NCBI RefSeq assembly: GCF_004010195.1
Contig: NC_057719.1
Span: 68,999,159-69,059,780 of the forward strand
Reading direction: 5' to 3'
DNA length: 60,622 nt
DNA from: Chiloscyllium plagiosum
Taxonomy: Eukaryota
Positions 37,501-52,500 of this stretch are shown piece by piece (the stretch's first letter is position 1; every line of letters begins with the position of its first letter). Position numbers and translations under genes: made by a program. The notes under the pieces are model-generated. The model did not search any database. It was not told where the DNA came from and saw only the letters and a program-made list of their open reading frames with translations.

Positions 37501-40500
37501 ATTATTTACTTACTCAAGCAGACCCTTCTGAATTCTCCAATTTAAATCAATACTTTCAGCGGGTTCAAGCGTAGAAGAATAGTTTAGCCCTTGTAAGCAA
37601 GTTAATTCATCAGCTATTGGAGAATGGAAAGATCATAAGTCTTTACAGATTGTAGCATTGCAGAATTAAATTAGTATACAGAATACAAATCAAGCTTGTT
37701 CAGATCATTTGAGGGGAAACCGTGTTTGATTTCTCAATATTTGTGCGTAATTTTTAAATGTGCAAACAAGTGTAAATTTGTAACTGTAATGCTATATGAA
37801 TATGATTAATCACCACTGGCTATGTAAAATGAGTTTTAATTCTGGGAAGATGCAATCTGTAGATGCATATTAGCAGATGATTGCACAAGAAACCTATGCC
37901 TAAGGTGCATGTGTTTTTTTTTGCAACAGTTGCTGCAATTTGTACCCTTTCTACAAAAGACCAAATAAGCTCTTTGAATTTATTCAGCAGCTGATGAAAT
38001 ATATTGTATGGTTCATTTTAAACAGAATTATGTTTTGTTTAAATGTTGTTGCAATCCCTGCAATTCATTTATTGAATGCTGAAGTAAGTTGGAATTGAAA
38101 GGCAAAGCCATGTGTACAATTCTATGATAAGAACTGATTTTCTAAATTACTAGTCAGTTGGATTTCTGCAATTATACTTTAATCTCATCGGTATTTGAGT
38201 AACCGTTAAACTTTGCCAAGCACATCAGCTACAAAAATAGACGAGATTGTAGAGATGCTGTGAATAATTTTTAAGTCCTTAGCAAAGTGAACTTGGCTTA
38301 ATGAAGCATGAGAATCGAGGCAGGGAACTAAGACCAGATACTGCACAGTCAAGGACATTGGGTGATAGTGCCCTACCATGTTTTTGCCAAATATATAACA
38401 ATATGCTAAAGGGCTGTGGTGAAGCAGTTGTATGTTACTGTCTCTGGGCCAGAAGGTTCAAGTCCCACCTTTCCTAGACATGTTGTAACATGCCTGAAAG
38501 GTTGATTTTAAAATATCTACGACTATGCTATTGTTTGTCACATTTTTACAAACATTTCCGCGTGATAATTGCACTTCCTGTGATTCATGAAAGATTTTGC
38601 AATGAACAAGGGTTTAAAGAAAACTTTGCAAGAAAAAAGAATATGTAGATAAAGTTTAAACATGTGCAAGGAAATAAATATTGTAAGTGGAGTTAATTGC
38701 ATCATAGTGGTTCAGCACTAAATTAAAGTCAGATGTATAATCCAAGTATAGACTGAAAAGCAGTGAAGTTATATCTCTCAGTATATTTAGCAGTACCTCA
38801 TTGAAGTTATCTGAACCATACTGTAACCTGAGAAAACTTCACAATTTGAGAATCAGTGCAATGTGAAATTAAGAAGGGTAAATTGTCAATTCAAAAAGCA
38901 GAAACAAAAGCCTGCATAAAAAGCTCTGATAAAGCAAAAATGTACAGTGGGAGTGGCTTAAAGGAGATTTTATTAATTCTCAACATAATAGAGATGAAAC
39001 AAAAAATTTTAAAATTGAGGAAGAGGAAATCTTATTTGGAAAGAAAATTCTATCCCTTGTTACTTGAACCTTTTCTATTGATTTTAAATAATGCAGAAGA
39101 CCAGTTAACTTCAAAGATTAAATTCTACACTTGCAACATTACTTACCCCTGAGCTTAGTTTTATAAAACTCCAGGTTTGGACTGAATATTAAATTGACAT
39201 ATGACACTTGACCAGTTTTCTCCAGACTGGTGTCTAAAAGTGTTCAATTCAAAGTTGACAGGATTGCAGCTAAACCAGATTAACATTATATGGAACATGG
39301 AAGTGCTACCAAAACATTTCACACATTGCGGTAAGTTAATTATTTTCAAACATTGTTCTCATTTCTAAACACTGAGTCATCTGTTACTGCCACTCTCCAG
39401 GCATTGAATCAGCTGTTTGAGAAGATCATGGCTCTGGACATTGATGAGCGTCACCTTCTACGTCTGGGTCACGGAGAGGAAGAGTTGGAGACTGAAAAGG
39501 ATTTTAGCAGGTAAGCAACTGGAAGGAATATGTAATAATAGAATAGAATAAAAGAAAATTAGAACATTATAGATACTTTCTAATCAACCTGTTCAAAGAT
39601 ATCATTCCATATCTCTGGAGCAGTGTTTCAATCCAACCCTGATTTGCCTTTCCAAAATTAGCATCTCACATTTACCTGAAGTAAACTCCATCTACCACTC
39701 CTCAGCCCATTGGCCCATCTGATCAACATCCCGTTGTACTCTGAGGCATGGGTTTTGGATATGGAGTCTTGTGTAAGGCAGACCAGCTAAGGATGCATTT
39801 TTGTAACAATCAATAGTTTAGTGCTTAATATTACTAAAAGTAGGTTTAAATTCCTGATTTTTATTAATTAAATTTAAAATCCTCCAGCTGCCATGGTGGA
39901 ACTTGATTCCGAGTCCTCCAGAGCATTAGCCTGGGCCTCAGAATTACTAGTGCAGTCCAATTACCATTGCACCACCATCTCCTCCCATTAATTCTGCAGT
40001 CATTGATAATAACAAAAGAAATAAGAGCAAGGTAGATGTTCAGGTTTCTTAAATCTAGTTTGCTATTTCCTAAATTCATGACTCAACTTTTACGTCGACT
40101 CAACTTTTACGTCAACTCCATTTACCCAACTATCCTCACACTCCTCAATTTTACAAAGTGTTCAAAATCTATTAATCAGTCTTGAGTGCACATAACAACT
40201 GAGCATCCAAAGCTCTATGGGGATGGCTAATTCCAAAGGTTCACAACATCTTAAGTGAACAAATTTCTCATTCATATCTTAAGTTGCTGACCCCTCATCA
40301 GACAATGGTTTCCTCAAATCAGGCTCTCTAATCAGATGAGGCAGCCTGCTGGTATTTATCCTGTCAGACTCAGGATTTTGTGTTTCAACAAGATCACCTC
40401 TGATTCTTCTGAACTCCAGAAAATACAATTTTCTCAATCTCCCCTCACAAGATCGGCTTCTCACTCTAGAATACAACTAGGAAGACAATGAAAATGGATA

Positions 40501-43500
40501 TGGTATGTTGGATAGTAATGCTGAAAGCATCAGAAATTTAAATATATTCAAAACATTGCATCCAGCATCTGTAGATGTTGCATGCAAATATGACATTTAA
40601 TTTAGACAAGTTGGTGAGTTAACATATCACACTATGCCTTAGCACATGAAGATATGGGAATCCAAATGGAATACAATATATAAGACACTAACCAATCTAT
40701 TTTTGGTACGAATAATTGAGGAAAGAATGCTGGCTCAGACACCTAGAGAACACTTCTTTTGCTTTGAGTCCTCAGTGTTTATCTGTATAACTGTAGCAGG
40801 CAGCTAAGGCTGCCTATTTAGTTTCTCATCCGAAGGATGGTGCCTGCAACAATGTAGTATTCCCTTAGTCATATGCTTGAATGTCAATCCAGGTTATATG
40901 TTGAAATTGTAGGAAGAGATTTAAACAGTCAAGTGAAACATACAGAGCCAAGTTATGGATTAATAAGAATATGTTGTATTTGGATATGTAGGAATCATCC
41001 GAAGGATGGTGCCTGCAACAATGTAGTATTCCCTTAGTCATATGCTTGAATGTCAATCCAGGTTATATGTTGAACTGTGCCACCGTGCCGCCCACAGTCA
41101 AGTGAAACATACAGAGCCAAGTTATGGATTAATAAGTATATGTTGTATTTGGATATGTAGGAAACTATTACTTTTGCATAATGGCTGTGATCTTTTTGCA
41201 AATGAATGAATTAATTTCTGACTTTAAGAATCAGTTTAGAATTCTTTATTTTACATTCTCAAATTAATTATAATTAAATACCTTCTATGTAATGCTTAAG
41301 ACGTGGCAAATTTCAGAATCTAATCATGGATTGTAATATGGTACAAGTATTTCTGCATGCATGTGTGATATTGGAAATATAAGTATGTAGTGTTTTAATT
41401 TGCATGTGAACCAATTAACATTTAAGTGCTATAACCTAATTTGTTTGAAATTTGCTTTATAGATATGGTCGGGTAAATTATGTGTTGGCTCGACGACTTG
41501 AATTATTACGTGAAGTGGGACGATTGCAGGAGAGTCTGGGAGTCCCTGGGGACGTGTCATATACTTGTGAAACAGCTGGGCATTTTTACCTGTATCAGGT
41601 GAGATGTTTGCACTGTGGAAAATTAAATCTAAGCTAGTTACACCTACATGTCACAGGTTTATCTTGGTATATGTGGCAATGATAGGTGACATCTTTAAAG
41701 TCATAACAAATATGAACAGGAGTACAGCCCCTCAAGCCTGCTCCACCATTTGTCATTCCTGACATCCGGTTTCCTATATTTTTTCTGTAACCCTTGATTC
41801 CTCTGCTGATTCAGAATCAATCTATCTCGTCCTTAAGTATACACAAGAACTCTGCCTCATAGCTGTCTGTGGTAAGGAGTTGCAAAGACGCTAAACCCTC
41901 AGAGAAGAAATTCCTCCTCATCTTAGTCTTAAATTTGTGTCTCTTTATTCTGACACTATGCCTTCATGTCCGAAACATACTAATGAGGGGAAACATCCTC
42001 TCAGCATTTACCCTTTCAAGCCCCTTAAGAATCCTATGTTTCAGCTAGATCATCTCTCCTTCTAAACTCCAGTGAGTAGACCCCAACTTGTTAGCCTTTG
42101 ATCATAAGACTATCCCTCCATACCAAACTTCTTGCAGTACTCCAGATGTAGTCTTTCCAGTACCTTGTATAGTTGCAGAAAGACTTCACTCCCCCTATAC
42201 TCCAACCTACCAGAAATAAGGGCCTGTATTGTGCTGACCTTATTAATTTTTTTCTCTAGATATAGGAGCATCTGTTGAAACTGCATTTGTTGCCCATTGC
42301 TTAGTGTGATTGTTTTAGAAGGTGGTGATGGACTTTCTCTTTAAATCACTATCGTCTTTATGATGTTGTTTCAATGATATGCTGTTAGATCATTGCTTAT
42401 TTTTGACCAAACAATAATTAAGAGATAGGAGGGTGTGTAATTTAGAAAAACATCTAGGCACTATCTTCTAATGATCCTGAAAGTTCTGTCATTTTCACCT
42501 GCAGATGTTGTTCTAGCAGGAAGTGTGTTAAAGCAACTTTGAAATTATACCAATCCCATCTATTACCTCTGCCTGTCCCCACCCCATCCATCTCCATGTT
42601 TACCCCTTTTGCTCCCATTTTAAATTCATTAGTTAAACCTGTGATAAATATTAATACCAGCCTCATAGTGACACACTGCCCAGCTGCGCTGTAATTTGGA
42701 TAGATTCACAAGTATTCAAAATAAGAATATTATTTCTGATATTTGACCCTGTATGGTATCACGTATGGCCTAAGTCTCCGGTTTATTGTGGTCTGACTAC
42801 ACAGAAGGACATCAGTACATTTGCTTTCTTTCTTTTGTTCAGGTGATGTCACGCTGGGAAGAGTATCTCAGTAAAGTAAAGACCAAAAGTGGAAAGTCTG
42901 GTGATGTTACAACAGTGTCTGAGCATTTTCCATTCCATAAATACTTCGCAAATGCACCCCAGCCTATTTTTAAAAGTCAGTCATATGAAGAAGATATGGA
43001 AATAGCTGAAGGTTGTTTCAGACACATCAAAAAAATATTTACGCAGCTGGAGGTAGGCTACACTTGTAAGAATAGCCAAAAGTCTTATGCTGATTTCAAG
43101 CTGATAAGTACCTTTGTCAGGATTTATTGTGTGATTTATAAAAAAAAATTAGAAATATGTTTTTGTTTACTGCCTGTAACCTTAACTCTGGCATTACTTA
43201 ACAACAGAATAGGAGATACTGAAAACTGATTCACCTCACCTCACCCATTTAAAAAGGTCTGATCTTTACATCTAGTGTCTGAGTTTTAGCTGTACTTACA
43301 GGTTATTATTGTCCATAGTTTGTAGGTAAAGTCATGGTTACAGTCCATGATATAGAGTCATAGAGATGTACAGCACGGAAACAGACCCTTCAGTCCAACC
43401 CGTCCATGCCGAGCAGATATCCCAACCCAATCTAGTCCCACCTGCCAGCACCCGGCCCATATCCCTCCAAACCCTTCCTATTCATATACCCATCCAGATG

Positions 43501-46500
43501 CCTCTTAAATGTTGCAATTATACCAGCCTCCACCACTTCCTCTGGCAGCTCATTCCACACACGTACCGCACTCTGAGAAAATGTTGCCCCGAGGTCTCTT
43601 TTATATCTTTCCCCTCTCACCCTAAACCTATGCCCTCTAGTTCTGGACTCCCTGACCCCAGGGAAAAGACTTTGCCTATTTACCCTATTCATGCCCCTCA
43701 TAATTTTGTAAACCTCTANNNNNNNNNNNNNNNNNNNNNNNNNNNNNNNNNNNNNNNNNNNNNNNNNNNNNNNNNNNNNNNNNNNNNNNNNNNNNNNNNN
43801 NNNNNNNNNNNNNNNNNNNNNNNNNNNNNNNNNNNNNNNNNNNNNNNNNNNNNAATTAATCTCCGTCTGTCACTTCTCAGCCCATTGGCCCATCTGGTCC
43901 AGATCCTGTTGTAATCTGAGGTAACCCTCTTCACTGTCCACTACACCTCCAATTTTGTTGTCATCTGCAAACTTTCTAACTATACCTCTTATGCTCACAT
44001 GCAAATCATTTATGTAAATGAGAAAAAGTAGAGGACCCAGCACCGATCCTTGTGGCACTCCACTGGTCACATGCCTCCAGTCTGAAAAACAACCCTCCAC
44101 CACCACCCTCTGTCTTCTACCTTTGAGCCAGTTCTGTATCCAAATGGCTAGTTTTTCCTGTATTCCATGAGATCTAACCTTGCTAACCAGTCTGTCATGG
44201 GGAACCATGTTGTATGCCTTACTGAAGTCTATATAGATCACATCTACCACTCTGCCCTCATCAATCCTCTTTGTTACTTCAGAAAACTCAATCAAGTTTG
44301 TGAGGCATAATTTCCCATGCACAAAGCCATGTTGACTATCCCTAATCAGTCCTTGCCTTTCCAAATATAAGTACATCCTGTCCATCAGGATTCCCTTCAA
44401 CAACTTGCCCACCACCGACGTCAGGCTCACCGGTCTGTAGTTCCCTGGCTTGTCCTTCCCACTCTTCTTAAGCAGTGGCACAACGTTAGCCAACCTCCAG
44501 TCTTCCGGCACCTCATCTGTGACTATCGATGATACAAGTATCTCAGCAAGAGGCCCACAATCACTTCTCTAGCTTCCCACAGAGTTCTAGGGTACACCTG
44601 ATCTGGTCCTGGGGATTGATCCATCTTTATGCATTTCAAGACATCCAGCACTTCCTCCTCTGTAATATGGACATTTTACGAGATGTTACCGTCTATTTCC
44701 CTACAGTCTATATCTTCCATATCCTTTTCCACAGTAGTCCTGGGGATTTATCCATCTTTATGCATTTCAAGACATCCAGCACTTCCTCCTCTGTAATATG
44801 GACATTTTACGAGATGATATCCCTACAGTCTATATCTTCCATATCCTTTTCCACAGTAAATACTGATGCAAAATACTTGTTTAGTATCTCCCCCATTTTC
44901 TGCGGCTCCACACAAAGGCCGCCTTGCTGATCTTTGAGGGGCCCTATTCTCTCACTAGTTGCCCTTTTGTCCTTAATGTATTTGTTAAATCCCTTTGGAT
45001 TCTCCTTTATTCAATCATAACCATGCTCCTATTGTTAGTTTGTGGTGAGCATACTGAGCTTGCTACATTCTTTGAAATCATCATTAATTATGCACCATTG
45101 TAGACCCTAAACCGGTTAAAAAGACACCATTAACAATTATGAAGTTGGAGCATCTTTTTGTTGACAAATTTATCGGTTAATTATTTTGAAACAATCATTC
45201 AGGATATACTTTAGATTTATCGAAAATGGCTTTTACCAGAAGTGAATTTGAGCTAGAACAATCTGACAATGAATATTTTTGGATTGATTGGGAAAGATAA
45301 AATAAGGAAGAATGTTTATGAAGTTGAAAACACATATAGCCAAAGAGGCTTTCTTGACGGTGATAATTAATCTTTCACATGTTAAGAAATATGAAATTTG
45401 ATACCATTTTGTTAAATGTATCATTGACCATCAGATAGGAGGAATAATTAATCATAGATGATATTTATAGGCAACTTAAAAAAAAAAGTACTTTTGGAGA
45501 ACTTTATCATGAAATAAGATAGTGTAAAACAGATATTGGTTTCTCGTGAAAACAAGAAGCGATACCTTGACTGTATCCATCACTGTTTCCATAATCAATG
45601 TGTTGAGGGTTAACACAAAAATGTGCTGTCTTAGATCTGACTCTGAGTGGCAAACCAGAACTGAGTTTCAATAAAATACTTGTGATCGAATCCTAATCGG
45701 GTCGATCTTGAAGAAAGAGAGGATGTAAAGGTTGTTGAACTTTGGAATTTGCACATTTCTATTGTAGTGACTGGAAATAAAGCCTTAAGTTAACTGGTTA
45801 CAAAGTGATGGATTAAAAGCAGACAAATGGAAAGCCGATATTAAATGTAATGTGCATTAAGTACATTTCTTTTTAGAATAAAAGGAATACAGTAAAGAAA
45901 GCGTTATATGAATGAAGAGAAAGGCATTTAAAATAAATAATATGCATTTTGGGGGCTTTACATTGCATTAGAATTTCCCATGCACTTGAGAGCCAATGGC
46001 TTACGTTTGAAATACAGTGTGACGAATATGCACACAGCAAAATCTGGCAAACAACAATTGAAGTAAATGACTACATCATCAGTTTTGGTCTTTTATTTGG
46101 ATGAAACATGTTGAACATGTCACCAGAAGTGCACAAATATTGTAATGGAATATTTTAACTGAAGAAGCAGTCAAGTGTCAAGTTTTCCAAAGTCCTAAGT
46201 AAGGAAGTCTTACACTTTTCAGGGGATCTTAAATTATGCATAAGTGGTCATAATCTACCTACCTTAAATTTTGAATCCTACTAATTTTTTAGAATGAGCT
46301 TCTTTTGTAACATTTAGTTATGGCTAATTTTCTGTGTACTTTGTGCCTGTGTCAAAAAGGTGCTGTCAGAAAGTACAGAGTATTGATGACAATCAACTGC
46401 ATTCATTATTATCTGAATGAACTTCAAAGTCGAATTATTTTTAATGTATTGTCACGGGAATGTCCAAAAGCAGAAACAAATGGAAACATTTGTGGATTTT

Positions 46501-49500
46501 TTTAACTTTCTTGATAACCTTTGCAGGAGTTTCGAGCTTTTGAACTGCTGCGCAGTGGGCTGGACAGATCAAAATATTTACTAGTGAAAGAAGCAAAGAT
46601 CATTGCCATGACATGTACTCATGCTGCTTTAAAACGACATGACCTAGTAGAGCTTGGGTTCAAGGTAAAAAGAAATTCAATCCTGTAACAAAATAATTGT
46701 TGGAAGAGACTCAAGTATTTTAGAACAACTTATCTCATGATGCATTGAAAATTGTATTGTTCCAGCCTAATCCTTTCTTTGAACAAAGTAATTTGTGTTC
46801 TTAAAAGAACAAAAGTGAAAACAAACACTTGACCCGGTATATAGAGAGACACCTGTAGTTTAATTTGGAGTTCTAGTTTTTGGAACATTAACATCGCTGG
46901 TTGGCCGGTATTTATTACCTGTCCCTGGTAACCCTTGAGAAGGCAGTGCTGAGCTGCCGCCTTGAATCACTGCAGTCCACATGCTGTAAGTTGACCCACA
47001 ATGTCCTTAGAGAGGGAATTGCAGAATTTTGATCCAGCAACAGTGAAGGAAAGGCAATAGATTTCAAAGTCAGGATGGTGAGTGGCTTGGATGGGAACTC
47101 GCAGGCGGTGGTGTTTCCATGTATCTGCTGCCCTTGTTCTTCTAGATGGGAGTGGTCTTAGATTTGGAAGGTGCTGATCTTTGGTGAATTTCTGCAGTGC
47201 ATCTTATAGATAGTACACAGTGCTGCTACTCAGCATCGGTGGTGGAGGGAATGGACATTTATGGATGTGCCAATCAAGCAGGCTGCTTTGTACTGGATGT
47301 TTCAAGCTTGAGTGTTGTTAGAGATCCAGGTAATTGGCCAGGTTGGAATTAGTCTGGTTTTTATGTATAGGACATATCTGGGCAATTTTCCACATTGTCA
47401 GGTAGATGCCAGTAATTAGAAGCTGGAAGAGCTTGGCTAGGGTAGTGGCAAGTTCTGGAACAAAAGTCTTCAGTACAGTTGCTGGAATATTGTCGAGATC
47501 CAAAGCCTTCTCAGTGTGTAGTGCCTCCAACACTATCTAATGTGTATCTCTATATAATTTGCATATCTAATGTGAAGTGAATTGAATTGGCTGAAGACTG
47601 GTAACTGATGCAGGGACCACTGTAGGAGGTGAAGATTGATTATCCATTCGACACTTCTTGCCAAAGAATACTGCAAATGCTTCAGCCTTATCTTTTGCAC
47701 TTAGGTGTTGGCTCTTCCATCATTGAGGATGGGGTTATTTGTGGCCTCCTGTGAATTGTTTAATTGTCCACCACTTTTAATGACTGGATATGGCAGGACT
47801 GCATATCTTAGATCTAATCTGTTGGTTGCATGAGCTTGATGCTTGATGCTTGTGCAGTTTGGCATGTACAGAGTCCTGTTTGGTAGCTTCACCAGGTGGA
47901 CCTTTTATTTTTAGGTACGTCTGGTGCTGTTCCTAGCATGCCCTCCTCCACTCTCCTTTGAATCAGGGTTGACCCCTTAGCTTGCTGGTAATGTTTTAGA
48001 GGAGGACATGCTGGGCCATGACGTTGTGTTGGAGTACAATTCTGCTGCTGCTGTTAGCCCACAGTGCCTCATGGATGCCGAGTCTTGAGTTGCTAGATCT
48101 ATTCGAAGTCTGTCTCATTTAGCACAGTGATGGTGCCACAGAATATGAAGGAAGGTATTCTGGAGGTGAAAGTGGACCTTGCCTCCATGAGGTTTGTTCA
48201 GTGGTCACTCTTACTGATACTGTCATGGACAGATGAATCTGCAGCTGGTAACGATGAGACTGTGTATATTTTTCTGTTCTGAGGAATGGTTTACTCGACC
48301 CGAAACATGAACTCTGATTTCCCTCCACAGATGCTCCCAGACCTGCTGCATTTTCCAGCAATTTCTGTGTTTGTTTCTGATTTAAAGCATCTGCAGTTCT
48401 TTTGGTTTTTATGCTTTGCTGTCCAGTTGGCTACCTGACCACCTGCCACAGATCCAGTCCAGCAGTAATGGCCTTTAGGACCGAACAGTTTGATCAGTAG
48501 TGCTGATGCTGAGCCACTCCGGATGGTGGAAATTGAAATCCCCCACCCAGAGTATGTTTTGTCCCTTTGTCATCCTCTGTGCCTCTTCCAAGTGTTGTTC
48601 AATATGTTGTTCATCAGCTGAGGAGTATGGTATGTGGTAATCAGTAGGAGATGGTTTCCCTGTCCATGTTTAACCTGAAGCCATGAGGCTTCATAGAGTC
48701 TGGAGTCAATCCCAGAGCACCTCCCTCCCAACTGTATACTTCTGTGCTACCACCAAACGGCACAGGACATATCCAGGGATAGAGATAGACATATCTGGGA
48801 CATTGTCTGTGAGGTATGATTCTATGAGTGTGTCTGTTTAGGCTGTTGCTTGACTAGCTGAGAGACAGCTCTCCCAATTTTGGCACTAGCTCCCAGGTAT
48901 TGGTAAGGAGGACTTTGCAAAGTTAGCAGGGCTGTTTCTGCCATTGTCTTTTCTGGTGCCCAGGTCGATGCCAGATGGTCCAATTGATTTCATTTCTTTG
49001 TTGAGAGTTCGTTGTGATTGATATAATTGAGTGCCATTTCAGAATGCAGTTGAGAGTTGAAGGGATAGTTTTTTAAATTCAAAATCTTTTAATTTAAAAA
49101 AATGACATGCAAATACAGTTTTTATTTAAATGGAAAGCAACTTATGTAGTGAAGAATATTGGGTTTTGATGATCTACTATTTAATTTCAAATTAGAGGAG
49201 GCAGCTCTCCTTCCTGTCCCTCATTTTAACTGATATTGTTAACATTTTCTTGCCTCAGATACTATCATCGTCCTACTGATCTGCTGTCAAATTCCTTTCT
49301 CCCTCAAAAACAAAAGTGATCCTCCATCCTTGTTAGTTTTTGCCCCATTCCGACTTATTTTCTATCCACAAATCTTGAACTGTCTGCCCTCTTCCAAACC
49401 TGTGCATCTATTTCTTGGAATTTCATGTTTCAGTCCAATCAATCAGGTTTCCACACTTTGCCATTGTCCAGAAACTGCTCTTAGAAAAATTGCAAATGAC

Positions 49501-52500
49501 ATCCCATTGACTATGACTGTGGTAGACTAATGATCTGTGACAGGCCCTCATCTGTATGAAGCATTTGACACAATTGACCACGCTACCAATTCCAAAGTCT
49601 CTTCATCACCATCCAGTTGAATAGGACTACCTGTGCCGAGTTACTTTTATCTCTCTAATCATAGCCAAATTATCACTGACAGTGGCTTATCTTTCTGCTC
49701 CCATACCTTTGCCTCTGTGTCTCTGAAAGATTTGTCCTTGGTCCCCCTCCTGTTTTTCGTATGAATGTGTTGCCCTTCTACACTATCTGAAAACAACTGC
49801 TAGATGTTACATGGCTGCTGTTGATACCCAGCTATACTCACTGCTACCTATGCAGTTTTGTATATTATATCTATGATATTCCGCATCACATTTCCAGTTG
49901 ACATAACGAGTGTTTGTTCCAACACTACGCAGTCAGTGCTTTCCATTGCCTTTAAGTACAAAGCCCAGAACTGCATTCTTCATTGTTGCCTTTTCTCCTT
50001 TTATGTTTTATGTCTCGATATAGACACAGATACACACACCTCACAACTTTTTCGCTCTTGAGAAGCGTAACATTCCTTTCACTAGTCTTTTCTACGAGAA
50101 TAAGGATTGGCATTTCTCTGCATTTTCCCTTAGCTGCTCACTCAGTAAAACTGTGTGTGTGCTTCGACAATCTTCTGTTTTCTTCCTTATTGCTGAGTAT
50201 CGTGACAAACTTATGAAAATTTCTCTTTAAATCAAAAACGAAAGGAATGCTATTTCCAACCCAGGTCTGGTGACATTATCCACAGAAAGGGGAAGAATAT
50301 CCAGCCAGCAGTAGGGGGAGTTGTTTTTTTCAGATAGATCTCAAGCTCAGCAATGTGCTTTCTCGGAAACATGAAGTTTGTTTTCTACATTGTGAAAAAA
50401 TATTTTGTCGGAAGTGGCATTTAGAATCCAATTTAAAATAAAAGTCAATACCATTTTAAGGATGGCACCACTGGGACAGATTAGAGGAAGGTTTTACCCT
50501 GTTTTGATTGTATTTTCTATGTGATTAGAGCAATTGGCTACATCAGTTGCAGAATATTCCGTTTCCTCTGCTGATTGTTCAATTAATCTTTGGATTCACT
50601 GAAGCATGAATACGCACTCTGGTTAATTGTTTGTTTTCGGTGGGGAGGAGAAAGGTTTCTATTTGATATTTGAGGATGTGAAAAGAAAACATTTTATTAT
50701 TATTATTTTGACAGTATGACAACATTCTAATGGAGGAAGCTGCACAGATTCTTGAGATTGAAACCTTTATTCCCCTCCTCCTACAAGTAAGCTTTCTATC
50801 ATAAATAGATTATAGCCATATTAGAGTCTTGACTGCTAGTAATGATATGCTATGCTAATTAATATGGTCTGTTGTTCGTTTGGTCACCTTTTTCCACAAG
50901 CCAGAGCAAAATTAATTATGTACCTCATACCTTTGGCCCTGAAATTGAAGTTACACTTATGTCCTATTTAGGTGAACTTGATTCTAAATTCATGGGTGAC
51001 AATCGTCCAAATGTTGCAATGAATTTCATAGATGAGATTGAACTTGTTTGAAATGAGGCATTCACTGCTTAATATCTTACTGATTTAATTAAATTAACTA
51101 ACAAAATATGGAATAAAGTTTTGGCACCTTGTCTTGAAGTAGTGACTGAAATTGTAAAAATTGCTTCCAGTTGTTAGCAGTATCTTTGACACCAGGAAGT
51201 TTTTTTTATATGCTTTCCATTCTCCATAGAACCCTGAAGATGGTTTCAGTCGACTGAAGCGTTGGATAATGATCGGGGATCATCACCAGCTTCCCCCTGT
51301 CATTAAGAACATGGCCTTCCAAAAATATTCCAACATGGAACAGTCTCTATTTACACGATTTGTTCGTTTGGGAGTTCCAACAGTGGACCTTGATGCCCAG
51401 GGGAGAGCAAGAGCTAGGTAAAGCAAAAGAACTTAAAGAAAGAAAAGATTCGTGCTTATATAGCACATTTCATAACTTCAACTCTCTGAGATATGATCAG
51501 GCCACGCCACTTCCCTTCTCTCTTTCAATCTCTTTCTAAATTGGTTTTGGCTGGAACATGAGAGCTTCCTCTCTGTTCCTTGAAGCCTGCCATGAAATGT
51601 CTTATATTAATTTGAGGGCAGAGGTGGGATTTAATTTCATGTTTCATTTTTACAAAACACACCTCTGGAACTGTGGTACTCCTTCAGTATTACATTGAAG
51701 CATCAGCCTCAATGCTCAAGTCTTTGTAGTGGGGTTGAACCTGAACTTGTGATTTGGAATCAAAAATTAGCTATTACCGAGCCAAGGCTTTTGATAGTGA
51801 TTGGAAAAAGAGGAAGCAGTATTGGAAAGATGTTTATCCATTTAAACATATCTGCTATTGGAATTGTTCATTACCTACATATCTACTGTTTTAAGTAATC
51901 TGCATTGTAATACCAACATTCACTCTTCTTTCCATTAAGTTTGTGTAATCTCTACAACTGGCGTTACAAGAAACTAGGCAACCTCCCCCACGTCCAGATC
52001 TTACCTGAATTTTGTACTGCCAATGCCGGTTTAGCATATGATTTCCAACTTATTAATGTGGAGGATTTCAATGGAATTGGAGAATCTGAACCCAATCCAT
52101 ATTTTTACCAGGTAAATAATTGTCTTAATATTTTTATTGTTTCAAATATCTATAAACCTACATAGAAGATTGGTTATTGAGATGTTTTGCATCCTGATGA
52201 TTTTTGCACTAAAGCCCTTTTGGCATTCTTCTAAGAAAATTTGAAAAATATTTGACTCTGTGATAGCTTTTACTTTGTATTGATTGCTTTTCTGAAAATA
52301 AAATTATCACTCAAACATTCGACAGAATCTGGCAGAGGCTGAATACGCAGTGGCCCTTTTTATGTACATGCGTTTGCTAGGGTATCCTGCAGAAAGAATC
52401 AGCATCTTAACAACATACAATGGTCAGAAGCATTTGATTCGTGATGTTATCAATCAGCGTTGTGGTGGTAATCCTCTTATAGGACGACCAAGCAAGGTAG

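Noticed and set aside
50733..50747. EEAAQ instead of DEAxQ in helicase motif II as a sign of inactivation
   Set aside because: MEEAAQ is the normal AQR sequence, also in human
52190..52225. CCTGATGA in a short AQR intron
   Set aside because: No stem II and GAAA in the right spacing
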